In this document: positions 9,912 to 19,979 of the stretch, piece after piece
How positions within the stretch are numbered: the stretch's first letter is position 1
How the letters are laid out: each line of letters opens with the position of its first letter
NCBI GenBank assembly: GCA_963846575.1
Contig: CAWJWJ010000002.1
Span: forward strand, 256,001 to 320,000
Direction: 5' to 3'
Source: an uncultured Nitrospiraceae bacterium
Lineage (GTDB): Bacteria; Nitrospirota; Nitrospiria; Nitrospirales; Nitrospiraceae
Length of the DNA: 64,000 nucleotides
The notes under the pieces: generated by a model
What the model was told of the DNA's origin: nothing
Seen by the model: the letters and a program-made list of their open reading frames with translations, nothing else
The model's database searches: none
Translations under genes and position numbers: made by a program

Positions 9912-10823
9912 ATGGAGAAACCCACCACGTTCGCGGCCTATACGGCGCTCACCACCTCGGCGCTGGTCTGGGGCGGCTCTATCGTGGGTCAGAAATTGGC
10001 GCTCGGGGCATTTTCAGCGGTGGAGACCTCGGTCCTCAGAGCCCTTGGCGCATTAGCGATCTTGATTCCGCTCTGGTGGTGGACCGAAGGAGGGCGGACG
10101 ACGGTGTCCACGCGCGACCTCAAGCTCTTGTCCCTACTGGGGCTCGGGGTGTTGGGGAATCATCTCCTAACGCTGTTCGGCCTCCGGTATGTCAGTGCGT
10201 CGACCGCCGGGGTCATCATTGGCGCCAGCCCGGCCATCACGGCATTACTTTCCTCACTGCTCGTGCGCGATATTCCGTTTAGGACCGTGGCGGCCGGCTG
10301 TGCGGTATCCTTTGCGGGAGTAGCCCTCGTGTCCGGCGTCGGAGGCGCTACGCCGAGCGGGGACAGTCCCTGGCTGGGCGGCATGCTGGTTCTGCTGGGT
10401 CTGGTCAGCTGGGCGCTCTATTCTATCGGTGGCCGCGAAGTCATGGTGCGGCTATCGCCATTAACCGTCAACTGGACGACGCTGCTCGTTTCCCTGCTCC
10501 TGCAAATTCCGTTACTGTGGACCGATCAAAAGCTGCTGTTGTCCGGAACGACTGTGGTGCCTTTCTCAGGCTGGCTGGCCTTGCTCTACCTGATCGTGTT
10601 TGCGACGGCGCTTGGGCAACAGGCGTGGTTGTATGGAGTGCAAGGGGTCGGACCTTCACGGGCCGGGGTATTCGTCAACCTGATTCCGGTCTCGGCGCTT
10701 CTCCTCTCGGCCTTGGTGCTGGGTGACGCGATCGGGGTGAGGGAAATCGCGGGCATAGTTCTCATCCTGACCGGCGTCTGGCTGGTCGGCTGGCAGTCTG
10801 CCAGGTACAAACAATTCGCATAA
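9912..10823 (+). CDS. EamA/DMT family transporter
   Basis: About 10 TM helices in two EamA-like repeats. Confidence 0.88.
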   Translation: MEKPTTFAAYTALTTSALVWGGSIVGQKLALGAFSAVETSVLRALGALAILIPLWWWTEGGRTTVSTRDLKLLSLLGLGVLGNHLLTLFGLRYVSASTAGVIIGASPAITALLSSLLVRDIPFRTVAAGCAVSFAGVALVSGVGGATPSGDSPWLGGMLVLLGLVSWALYSIGGREVMVRLSPLTVNWTTLLVSLLLQIPLLWTDQKLLLSGTTVVPFSGWLALLYLIVFATALGQQAWLYGVQGVGPSRAGVFVNLIPVSALLLSALVLGDAIGVREIAGIVLILTGVWLVGWQSARYKQFA

Positions 10824-11868
10824 CATGGAATTGGCCGGGTGTTCTTTACCGCAGCCTTGGCCGGCCTGTGCAACGGCCGAGGCAGCATACTGTGCAGAGG
10901 TGGGGCCGCGGAGAAGAACGGGACCGATCTGTATGAAACGATCGAGGCATTGGGCTGGTGTTTGGAACAGCTTCAGACGGTGTGTGTCTCGCTGACGACC
11001 CCTCATGGACATTTGTTCGGAGAAGACCAAGTCGATGCCCGCCGCCTCTTTGCAGGCGAGATGCGATGAGGGGATAAGGGAGGCACGACTTGGTTCGTCA
11101 ATGGCCAGGCGTGGCCGGCCTGGCCCCATGGTCTCGCGAACTCGTGTTCTGCAAGGGGAGCTGCTCGGGGAGTGACAGGGACAAGCATAGTACGGCGGAA
11201 GAATCAGCACACAGGCGGCACGGTGATCAGCATGGGCCAGCACCCGTCCTCTCCCCAAGTCGAAGGATAGAATGTTTTGGTCAGATGGTCGACTGACTCT
11301 CCTGAGATTGCCCCCGCCGGCATCTTGCCTGCCGCGCTTCGTGCATGCGCCGAGTTAGCCTCTGCATCTGCAGCTGTCCGAGACTGCGTCCTGCGTCGAT
11401 CTGCAGTGATACCAATTCCGTTTTACTTTCTCCACATGAAGCAGCCCTCGGTAAGAGACTGTGTCACACCTGGAACGATAAGGGGGTGACACAACAATGA
11501 CACGCCGACCCGCGCCAGAAATTTGACGAGTCTTTGAAGCAAGCGCATGGCAGTCGTGGAAAATCCCGCAGAAATGCGATTGTTCAACGGAATCTTGTGC
11601 GGCATGATCCTTGATATCACAAGAGACAATGGTTGGAGCCGAGAGCGGTACGAAGCATCAGATGCGAGCGCAAAGGGAAGTGGAAATTCCATTGTGTGTG
11701 AATTTGCCGATCGCCATGAAGGCCCGAACGTCACGACTCACCGCGAGCACATCTGCGTGAATCTGTGTACCATCCGCCGCCCGGTTGAGGGTCTGAAATC
11801 TCGGTCCCACGTTCGACTCGGAGCTCTCCACGGTGAAGATACATCATTACGAACAAGGAGAACTGATT

Positions 11869-12186
11869 ATGTGGAATGATAAGGTGGATCTGATGCGGTT
11901 TGATCATGAGGCGGGGACAGGGGCACTTCCGGAGAGGGCGGAGGCAGGGAGGGCTGGAGTAACCGCCAAGCGACGACCGGAGGAGTTGACCCCCCGGGAA
12001 CACGAGATCCTGCAATTGGTGTGGGCCGGGTTCACGAATCGCACAATTGCGGAGCAACTGCATATCAGCGTCAAGACGGCGGAGGCACATCGTGCCAATA
12101 TGATGAAAAAACTTCGCGTCTCCAATATCGCGCAACTGCTGAAGACGGCTCTGGAAGAGGGGCTGCTTGCTACCCATGTGAGTTAA
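11869..12186 (+). CDS. Stand-alone LuxR-type HTH regulator
   Basis: LTPREHEILQLV...SVKTAEAHRANMMKKL; AAGGAG RBS; no receiver domain. Confidence 0.85.
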   Translation: MWNDKVDLMRFDHEAGTGALPERAEAGRAGVTAKRRPEELTPREHEILQLVWAGFTNRTIAEQLHISVKTAEAHRANMMKKLRVSNIAQLLKTALEEGLLATHVS

Positions 12187-12332
12187 CGGGATACGCGGCG
12201 ACCTGCGGCTTCGGGAGAAGTCCCACTCCCGAGGATGGTAGCTCCCCGCGAATCCGCCCTTCTTACAGTACAATTCATCTCGCGCCGGAGATGGTGTTTG
12301 CAGTACAATGCCGCACTATTTCCGGAGCAGCC

Positions 12333-12725
12333 GTGGTCGAACAGCGAATCGAAGAAATTACGCGCGCGAATCTCGCTTTCTATGCCGCTTTTGAAAGTCT
12401 GGACATGCTCCAGATGGACAAAGTGTGGGCTCATCTCGAATATGTGACTTGTATCCATCCGGGCTGGAACCTTCGTAGCGACTGGCCGGCGGTTCGCGAC
12501 TCCTGGGTCTTGATTTTCAACAACACCTTTTCCATGAAATTCGAGCTCACCGACGTCCAGGTCCAGGTCGCTGGCGATCTGGGCTGGGTGATCTGTACGG
12601 AGCATCTCACCAGCCGGCAGGACGACCAGCCGGTCGAAACCCGCGTCCTCGCTACCAATCTATTTGAGCGTATCGGCGATGAGTGGTTGATGATTCACCA
12701 CCATGGAAGCCCGGTGATGGGCTAG
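12333..12725 (+). CDS. SnoaL/NTF2-like domain protein
   Basis: ANLAFYAAFE...CIHPGW...ATNLF...WLMIHHHGS; GTG start after GGAG. Confidence 0.85.
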   Translation: MVEQRIEEITRANLAFYAAFESLDMLQMDKVWAHLEYVTCIHPGWNLRSDWPAVRDSWVLIFNNTFSMKFELTDVQVQVAGDLGWVICTEHLTSRQDDQPVETRVLATNLFERIGDEWLMIHHHGSPVMG

Positions 12726-13044
12726 CGGAGCCCGGGCGATGCGGTTCGTTGGTGCCATGCGAACGCCGCATCGAGAAGCAGCTCTCCCTCCGATTTGACT
12801 GGACCAATGCAGCTGCCTCCCCCGAAAGCCGATATTGTCCGGTGGGCAGTCCATTCGGACCACAACTCTACGCCGGCTCATTCAAGGCCGGCGGGGAAGT
12901 CACCCTCACGTCACCGCCGCTCTACTGAAATCACTGCGCTGGATCGTTCAGGACGGATGGCGGACACCGTGATTCCAAGAGTAACAAACCCCCGTTGGAC
13001 GGACGTCGGGCTGACCCATCGATCCTGGTCTGAGACGTGTTTTT

Positions 13045-13067
13045 TATGTCCAGCATTGCTGGACATA
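13045..13067. promoter_or_regulatory. Perfect 11-1-11 palindrome, candidate regulator site
   Basis: TATGTCCAGCA-T-TGCTGGACATA about 260 nt upstream of the acyltransferase-FkbH cluster. Confidence 0.55.
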
Positions 13068-13323
13068 TGCTAATCTACGGCTGGTTTTCCGTGCAGAACC
13101 GCGAGCATGAACGGTTCTCTTCCCGCGAGCCCGAGTCTTGGCACGATGGAATGGAAAGGCTTCTGAATGGTGGATCGCGAACCCGGCTCAGTCGGCCCGG
13201 AGTACCACACAGTATTCATGAAGCTGTCCTCTAGTGATGTGCGTCCCGCCCTGATATGCAGCGCAGTTTCTCAACACAGCTCCCGGTCAGTTACTCAAAA
13301 CAATTCCGAGTAGGTGCGAGACG

Positions 13324-13956
13324 ATGAACGTTCGACCGATGCTCGCTCACGTGACCGACAAGCCAGTGTTAGGGGCGATGGTGCGATTGTGCCGAGGGGT
13401 GAGGGAGCTGATCGGTCAGATCCATGAAGACTGGACGGTGAACAGCCGGGACTGGACGATGCCCGGCTTTCGCGCCCTTACCGTTCACCGCATAGGTACC
13501 TGGGTTTCCAACAGACGCGGAAGCATCCTGAAGTCGGGCATGCTTCTGCTGTACGGGATGATGTATCGATACGTGCGGAATCACTACGGCGTTGAAATAC
13601 CATTGACGACCACGATAGGACGAAGAATGCTGCTTGTCCATCAACATGGGATCGTGTTCCATTGGAAAGCTGTCGTAGGGGATGACTGTGTGATCCGACA
13701 CAATGCCACGATAGGCGCGGGATACGGGGGAGCCAAAACCCTTCACAAGGGGCCAAAACTTGGAAATCGGGTGGAAGTCGGCCCTGGCGCCGTGATCTTT
13801 GCCGCCGTCAAGATCGGGGATGGGGCGGTGATTGGACCGAATGCCGTGGTCATGTCCGATGTGCCGGCGGGGGCCCGAGTCTTTGCTGAGGCGCCACGTG
13901 TCATTTGCCTGCCTAACCAGACCCAGGGGAAATCAGTTTTAGCTGGGACCAGCTAG
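13324..13956 (+). CDS. Hexapeptide-repeat (left-handed beta-helix) acyltransferase, CysE/WcaB-like
   Basis: GVEIPLTTTIGRR, HQHGIV, VVGDDCVIRHNATIG, IGDGAVIGPNAVV repeats. Confidence 0.85.
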   Translation: MNVRPMLAHVTDKPVLGAMVRLCRGVRELIGQIHEDWTVNSRDWTMPGFRALTVHRIGTWVSNRRGSILKSGMLLLYGMMYRYVRNHYGVEIPLTTTIGRRMLLVHQHGIVFHWKAVVGDDCVIRHNATIGAGYGGAKTLHKGPKLGNRVEVGPGAVIFAAVKIGDGAVIGPNAVVMSDVPAGARVFAEAPRVICLPNQTQGKSVLAGTS

Positions 13957-13996
13957 TCGGAGGATTTCTACAGTTCGACTAGGGAGTTTCCTAGTC

Positions 13997-16051
13997 ATGC
14001 CTGCCTTCCTGCTGAGTCAAATTGTGCACCGCCAGAATGATATGTCGCTTCTCGGAAAAATAGAATCGACCTCGGGCACTTCATCGCCCGCCACTCCGGA
14101 GGTTCGCGGCGATGCCTATCGGAAGTCTGGCCTCATCGCACAGGCGATTCAGGCGTATCTGGAAGGTGTGATCCATCCGGCCCCGGCCGGACTGTGCCTC
14201 AAGCTTGCGCGGAGTTACGAAGAGATTCAGAATTATGCAGAGGCCAGCCGTTGGGCGCTCGCTATTGTCGATTCGGGCGATGATTTTACGGCATGGCAGA
14301 ATGGCTGGTCCCTGTTCCGGCGGGTGGCGTCGAAGGCTAACCGGCCGATAGTTCGGAAGGCCAAAGTCGCGCTTCTCGGCAGCTACACGACCACCCAATT
14401 TGGTGCCATGTTGTGTTTTGCGGCGAGTCGATTCGGCATTGCGGTCGACCTCTATGAAAGCCATTACGGACAGTTTCAGCAGGAGATCATCGATCCCGCG
14501 AGCGGCCTCTATGCCTTCCGGCCCGAGATCGTCCTGCTCGCCGTGCACGAAAAGGATCTCCGACTGCCTGAATACAGCCAGCACCCGGAGGCGGATATCC
14601 GTCAGGAAGTCGGCCGCTGGACAGCGCTGTGGAAAATGGTGGAAGAACGCTCCGGGGCTCGTGTCATACAGCATAACTTCGCCCTGCCTTGCGAGATTCC
14701 TGCCGGCCATCTCGCGACGCGTCTCTCCGGGTCCCGATACATGATGGCACAAGCCGTCAACGCAGGGCTTGGACGAGCGGCGGCAAATTCGGTGTCATTG
14801 GTCGATTGCGAACGGCTGTCCGCGTACATCGGTAAGCAGCGATGGTGCGACCCCCGCTATTGGAACCTCTCCAAACAAGCCGTTGCACTGGAGGCTGTTC
14901 CCTTACTCGCCCGGCACACCGCGGCCGTCATGGCAGCCGCTTTGGGGGCGAGCCGGAAATGTCTCGTGCTCGATCTGGACAACACTCTGTGGGGCGGGGT
15001 TATCGCGGAAGACGGGTTGGCGGGAATTCGATTGGGCAATGGGGTCGAAGGTGAGGCCTTCGTCGCCTTTCAAGAGTATCTTCTTCGGCTCAAGGAAAAG
15101 GGCGTGATCCTGGTAGTCTGCTCGAAGAATAACCATGCCGACGCGATCCAGCCTTTCGAAAAGCATTCCGAAATGCGACTGAAGCTCGGGGATATTGCCC
15201 TGTTTCTTGCCAACTGGGAATCGAAACCCGACAACATCCGCCGGATAGCCAAGACGCTGCAGATCGGGTTGGACTCACTGGTGTTTGTCGATGACAACCC
15301 GGTCGAGCGGGAGATCGTCCGCAAGTTTCTGCCTGAAGTTGACGTGATACCGCTTCCCGAGGACCCGTCCTATTATCTCAGAGCGCTCTCTCAATACCTC
15401 TTACTCGAGACGAGCGCGTTTACGGCCGAGGATAGTCAACGGACCGATCAATATCGAGCCCGGGCTCAGATCTTGGAACTGGAAACGTCCGCCGGGTCCA
15501 TTGAAGACTTTTATCGAGGGCTCCAGATGCAGGCCATCGTGGCTCCTTTCGATGCGGAGCAGTTGCCGCGGATCGCCCAGCTCATCGGGAAGACGAATCA
15601 ATTCAACCTCACGACTCGCCGTCACGGCATGGCGCAACTCGAAGAGTGTATGCAGGATGCGCACTGCGTACATCTCGCCCTGCGGTTGAGGGATCGTTAT
15701 GCAGACCACGGGTTGGTGAGTTTGATGATTGCGCGGCAACAGGGTGCCGTGCTGGATATCGATACGTGGCTCATGAGCTGCCGGGTCATCGGTCGGACCG
15801 TCGAACGGACGATGCTGGCGCACCTCTGCCGGCGGGCCGCGCAGCTCGGCTGTGCCACCCTTCAAGGTACCTATGTCCCGACGGAAAAGAATGCGATGGC
15901 CGCAGACGCCTATGCGAAGTGCGGATTTGAGCTGCTCCATCGGAATGACGGCCACGAGATCTGGACCTACGATCTTCCTTCCAAGGGCATGCTCACGAAT
16001 GAGTTCGTGAAATCGGTCCAGTCCTGGGAATTCGCTGATGGCGCCGGCTGA
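13997..16051 (+). CDS. FkbH-like HAD-IIIC glyceryl-ACP synthase
   Basis: VLDLDNTLWGG, VCSKN, FVDDNPVER, KTNQFN and MSCRVIGR motifs; start could be 14042. Confidence 0.92.
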   Translation: MPAFLLSQIVHRQNDMSLLGKIESTSGTSSPATPEVRGDAYRKSGLIAQAIQAYLEGVIHPAPAGLCLKLARSYEEIQNYAEASRWALAIVDSGDDFTAWQNGWSLFRRVASKANRPIVRKAKVALLGSYTTTQFGAMLCFAASRFGIAVDLYESHYGQFQQEIIDPASGLYAFRPEIVLLAVHEKDLRLPEYSQHPEADIRQEVGRWTALWKMVEERSGARVIQHNFALPCEIPAGHLATRLSGSRYMMAQAVNAGLGRAAANSVSLVDCERLSAYIGKQRWCDPRYWNLSKQAVALEAVPLLARHTAAVMAAALGASRKCLVLDLDNTLWGGVIAEDGLAGIRLGNGVEGEAFVAFQEYLLRLKEKGVILVVCSKNNHADAIQPFEKHSEMRLKLGDIALFLANWESKPDNIRRIAKTLQIGLDSLVFVDDNPVEREIVRKFLPEVDVIPLPEDPSYYLRALSQYLLLETSAFTAEDSQRTDQYRARAQILELETSAGSIEDFYRGLQMQAIVAPFDAEQLPRIAQLIGKTNQFNLTTRRHGMAQLEECMQDAHCVHLALRLRDRYADHGLVSLMIARQQGAVLDIDTWLMSCRVIGRTVERTMLAHLCRRAAQLGCATLQGTYVPTEKNAMAADAYAKCGFELLHRNDGHEIWTYDLPSKGMLTNEFVKSVQSWEFADGAG

Positions 16052-17573
16052 TCCCTCCTCTCCCCCGCAAGAACCGCCCACGGTGTGTTTCACGACTCAG
16101 GACCTGACGCTGTTCAGTGCAGCCAGCCACGACACGAATCCTCTGCATGTCTCTCAGGAATACGCGCGGGCCACGCCCTACGGGGAGCCCGTGGTGTTTG
16201 GGGTGCTCGGTGGCTTGGCTGCACTTGGGCATCTTCCGGAACGCGAAGACCAGGTTCTGCACAATCTCTCGCTGGAGTTTCGCAACCCCCTCACCGTCGG
16301 AGTACCGTACCGCCTGGAAGTCAGCGAGCCGATGGCCACGCAGGCACTCGTAAAACTCTACGACGCGGGTCGATTGATGATAAAGGCGACTTTTATCTTT
16401 ATGCCTAGGCCAGCGGGCGTGGATTCATCAATGGTCTCCGCTGTGCCTGGTCCTCTGGAAGCGGCGGATCGGACGAGGGACAGCTTTATTGCGGGGGACC
16501 ACCTGTCCGGCACCTACGGCCCATCCCGTGCTGAGTTGGAACAGGTGGTTGAGCGTTGGGGGCTATCCGCCAAGGGAGCGACATCGGTCCACATTGCAGC
16601 GATGATGTGGGCAAGTTTCATCGTCGGTATGGAGCTTCCTGGGAAACGGGCGATTTTCTGGCGGCTGGTACTCGATTTTGAGCCAGCAGAGGGGCCTCGA
16701 CAGGGGCCGCTCTCCTATGATGTCACGATAGATAATTTCGACGAGCGGTTCGATCTTCTCCACACCACGGGGAATCTTTCATGCGGCACCAGCCCCTGTG
16801 CGACGGCTCGGATGTGGGCCTTCGTGCGAAAGGACTCTCCGCGCTCCTCTCTTCAACAGATTACGGATCTTCTGCCATGCTCCGAACAGCTCAAAGGGAA
16901 GGTTGCGTTGGTGATCGGAGGCAGTCGGGGACTGGGCGCCGCGATCACCCTGGCATTGGTGTCACAGGGCTGTTCCGTGCTGATGAATTTCCGTCACTCC
17001 CGGTCTGAGGCCGAGCGGCTTGTGGCGAGTCTGGCGGGAGCATCCGGCCTCATCGAGCTGGTGCAGGGTGATGCGGCTGATGTTGAATGGTGCCGGGCGG
17101 TCCAGCGGAATATCCTGGACCGGTACGGCAGGCTTGATGTGCTGGTGTGCAACGCCTCACCGCCCATCCGTCCGCTGCCCTTCGTGCCGGAGAAGGCCAT
17201 CCAGTTTCAACAGTTCCTTCTCGACAGCGTCGCGTTGATCAGTCTCCCGATGTCGTGTTTTCTCGATTCATTGTCTGAACGTTCCGGATGGAATGTTGTG
17301 GTATCTTCGGCGTTCGTCAAGGATCTTCCAGAGGACTGGCCGCACTATGTCACTGCCAAATGCGCTGTTGAGGGATTGGTGCAATGGGCCGCGCTGCATT
17401 ACCCCAAGGTTCACGGTCTTCTAGTCAGGCCTCCGAAATTGCTAACCGATCAGACCAATACGACGCTGGGCAGACAGGGGGCCATGCGTGTTGAGCAAGT
17501 GGCCGCTGCCGTAGTCGGGCAGCTCTGTCATGCCGCGTCGTCACAGACGGTGCGGATATTGGAAGATTTTTAA
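16038..17573 (+). CDS. MaoC-type dehydratase / SDR ketoreductase fusion
   Basis: N-terminal FSAASHDTNPLH hydratase motif, SFIVGMELPG, then VALVIGGSRGLG and YVTAK; overlaps fkbH. Confidence 0.85.
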   Translation: MAPADPSSPPQEPPTVCFTTQDLTLFSAASHDTNPLHVSQEYARATPYGEPVVFGVLGGLAALGHLPEREDQVLHNLSLEFRNPLTVGVPYRLEVSEPMATQALVKLYDAGRLMIKATFIFMPRPAGVDSSMVSAVPGPLEAADRTRDSFIAGDHLSGTYGPSRAELEQVVERWGLSAKGATSVHIAAMMWASFIVGMELPGKRAIFWRLVLDFEPAEGPRQGPLSYDVTIDNFDERFDLLHTTGNLSCGTSPCATARMWAFVRKDSPRSSLQQITDLLPCSEQLKGKVALVIGGSRGLGAAITLALVSQGCSVLMNFRHSRSEAERLVASLAGASGLIELVQGDAADVEWCRAVQRNILDRYGRLDVLVCNASPPIRPLPFVPEKAIQFQQFLLDSVALISLPMSCFLDSLSERSGWNVVVSSAFVKDLPEDWPHYVTAKCAVEGLVQWAALHYPKVHGLLVRPPKLLTDQTNTTLGRQGAMRVEQVAAAVVGQLCHAASSQTVRILEDF

Positions 17574-17777
17574 CAAGGAGTACGACTTGGCATCTCGCGG
17601 TCGCTCATGACTGATGCGATGCCAGGTGTGGCGGTTGGGCACAGGGTGTGTCGAGAGGGAAATCACCCGGGGGGGCGTCATCTCTCGAGGTCTTTGCACG
17701 ATATATGGTGGGCGTAGCGGCTTGACCGCATGCTACGACGATCGTACATTCATACCGACGCAGCTAGGAGCATACAC

Positions 17778-18014
17778 ATGGAGTTGCACGAACGACTGGA
17801 AGAGGTGTTTCGCCAAGTGTTCGACAATGAAAACCTCACGCTGACGGATGAGATGATGGCCACGGACATACAAGGCTGGGACTCCGTGGCACACATTAAT
17901 CTCATGTTTGGCATCGAACAGGCATTTCGAGTCCGATTCAAGGGCAACGAACTGGCTGACATGAAGAACATCGGCGAATTGAAGCGGTTCCTGGCCGGCA
18001 ATGGGAAACATTAA
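17778..18014 (+). CDS. Acyl carrier protein
   Basis: 78 aa acidic protein with GWDSVAHINL phosphopantetheine Ser motif; AGGAG RBS. Confidence 0.9.
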   Translation: MELHERLEEVFRQVFDNENLTLTDEMMATDIQGWDSVAHINLMFGIEQAFRVRFKGNELADMKNIGELKRFLAGNGKH

Positions 18015-18123
18015 CTGCCGAACTGCGGAGCGTGCAGGGCAGAATCGGATGGTATGTTCCGCCCCTCGATCGCGGCTGCCGTTATTGGGGAGGGCGGAGC
18101 GAACCTTCGCCGATCTAATCTGA

Positions 18124-19401
18124 ATGGGTGACATTGCGATCCACGTTGACAGCTTGCATAAACTCTATCGTCTGGGAGCCATGCATGCTCAGGACGGGTC
18201 CTTGGCCAGCGTGCTCTCGCGTGGACTCCGCCGGTTGACAGGACGGCGGGCCGGCGGCGCCACGGGGGCTACAGAGGCCATCTGGGCCTTGCGCGACGTC
18301 TCCTTCGAGATCAAGCGGGGTGAAGTGTTCGGAGTTATCGGCACCAATGGCTCGGGGAAAAGTACGCTCCTTAAAATCCTCTCCCGGGTGACGGAACCCA
18401 CGAAGGGGCGGGCGGTCATCCATGGGCGCTTTTGCGGCCTCCTGGAAGTGGGGACGGGGTTCCATCCGGAATTGACCGGCCGCGATAACGTGTACATGAG
18501 CGGCGCCATTTTGGGGATGAAACGGCAGGAAATTACCAGGAAATTCGACGAGATCGTGGCCTTTGCCGAAGTGGAACAGTTTATCGATACGCCGGTGAAA
18601 CACTATTCCAGCGGGATGTATGTCCGACTGGGGTTTTCGGTCCTGGCCCATATGGATCCGGACATTCTCATCGTCGATGAGGTGTTGGCGGTGGGAGACG
18701 TGCGCTTTCAAAAAAAGTGTATGGGCAAGATGGAGGATGTGGGACAGCATGGGCGGACGGTGATCCTTGTGTCTCACGACATGCCGGCGATTACCCGGAT
18801 GTGCAAACGGGCGATTCTGCTCAACAAGGGGGAGATCGTGCAGGCGGGGGCGGCGCACGATGTCGTTCGGCACTATCTCCAGGCGGGTCATATCCAGCCC
18901 TCTGTCGGATGGCCGGATCTCACCCAAGCACCGGGGAATGAGGTCGTGCGCTTGCGGGCCGTACGGGTTCAGACCGAATCCGGATCGGTTATGGATCGAT
19001 TTGACATCCGACGGCCGATCGAACTCGAGGTAGAGTTCGATGTTATAAAACCCGGACATGTCTTCGTCCCGGTGTTTAATCTGCATAGCGAGGAAGATCA
19101 GGTTATCTTCATCGCGCATGATCGCGATCCGGCATGGCAACGCACTCCACGCCCCATGGGTCGGTATGTGTCTTCTGCTTGTGTGCCGGGAAACCTGCTC
19201 GCTGAAGGCATCGTGACAGTCGCAGCCCTCATAATGACCGAGAGTCCGTTTCGGATGCATGCCCACGTTCCGCGCGTGATTGGCTTCCGGGTGGATGATC
19301 CCGGCGTGGGAGACTCGGCACGCGGGGACTTCCACGGTCGATGGCCTGGGGTCGTGCGCCCCTTATTGAAGTGGCGGACAAGGTTCTCGCCCGCGGATTA
19401 A
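18124..19401 (+). CDS. wzt: Polysaccharide ABC exporter ATP-binding subunit with C-terminal carbohydrate-binding domain
   Basis: WALRDVSF, GTNGSGKST, GFHPELTGRDN, YSSGM, VDEVLAVGD plus a long C-terminal extension. Confidence 0.88.
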   Translation: MGDIAIHVDSLHKLYRLGAMHAQDGSLASVLSRGLRRLTGRRAGGATGATEAIWALRDVSFEIKRGEVFGVIGTNGSGKSTLLKILSRVTEPTKGRAVIHGRFCGLLEVGTGFHPELTGRDNVYMSGAILGMKRQEITRKFDEIVAFAEVEQFIDTPVKHYSSGMYVRLGFSVLAHMDPDILIVDEVLAVGDVRFQKKCMGKMEDVGQHGRTVILVSHDMPAITRMCKRAILLNKGEIVQAGAAHDVVRHYLQAGHIQPSVGWPDLTQAPGNEVVRLRAVRVQTESGSVMDRFDIRRPIELEVEFDVIKPGHVFVPVFNLHSEEDQVIFIAHDRDPAWQRTPRPMGRYVSSACVPGNLLAEGIVTVAALIMTESPFRMHAHVPRVIGFRVDDPGVGDSARGDFHGRWPGVVRPLLKWRTRFSPAD

Positions 19402-19580
19402 CCCCGATCGCCCACGTTCTATAACCGCTTCTACTTCTGATCCTATTCATCCGTGCGACCGCCCCGGATTGACAGGGTGTAGATTTTTGGCTAGGGTCCG
19501 CCCGCCGTGGACTGCAGCCGACAGGTCATGAGGGTGGGTTCGGTGCTGATTCACGGGGTTTCAAGTGGCAGGAGGCCGAT

Positions 19581-19979
19581 ATGGAACGAGGGTGCGTCCG
19601 ATTAGCCGGGGCGGGCCTGGTCATCGTGTTTCTGAACGGTTGCACGACGGTGGCGCAGGTGACGACATTGGCTGAAGAGACTTGTCATCACAAGGTGCGG
19701 GACCAGCTAGAATCAATCCTCACTGAGGAGAATGAAAAACCTGACATCGCCAATCGGCTCGCGGTGAATACGACCACGGTCCTCGCGACCGGTGCGCTCG
19801 GTCCTCGTCCATTCGGGATCTCGTCGCCGTCAGGGGCCGACTATAGTTTCTTTATCCAGCGTAGGGGCGGCGAATGTTGGCTGCGGCTCTATGGCCGGCA
19901 GAAGGGATTTACCCGTTATACGAACAACCTCACCCATATCGCCACACGTTCACTGGAAGGCTGCGCCTGTGCCGAATGA
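19581..19979 (+). CDS. Hypothetical lipoprotein
   Basis: LNGC lipobox; GGAGG RBS; TTGACA-17-TAGGGT promoter upstream. Confidence 0.7.
   Translation: MERGCVRLAGAGLVIVFLNGCTTVAQVTTLAEETCHHKVRDQLESILTEENEKPDIANRLAVNTTTVLATGALGPRPFGISSPSGADYSFFIQRRGGECWLRLYGRQKGFTRYTNNLTHIATRSLEGCACAE

Noticed and set aside
10839..11296. Short ORFs of 68-76 aa after the EamA gene
   Set aside because: No recognisable motif or convincing start; cannot be supported as genes
18115..19335. Long antisense ORFs (also 3539-4534, 23038-24075, 33766-34932)
   Set aside because: Shadow frames of real genes, as expected in GC-rich DNA
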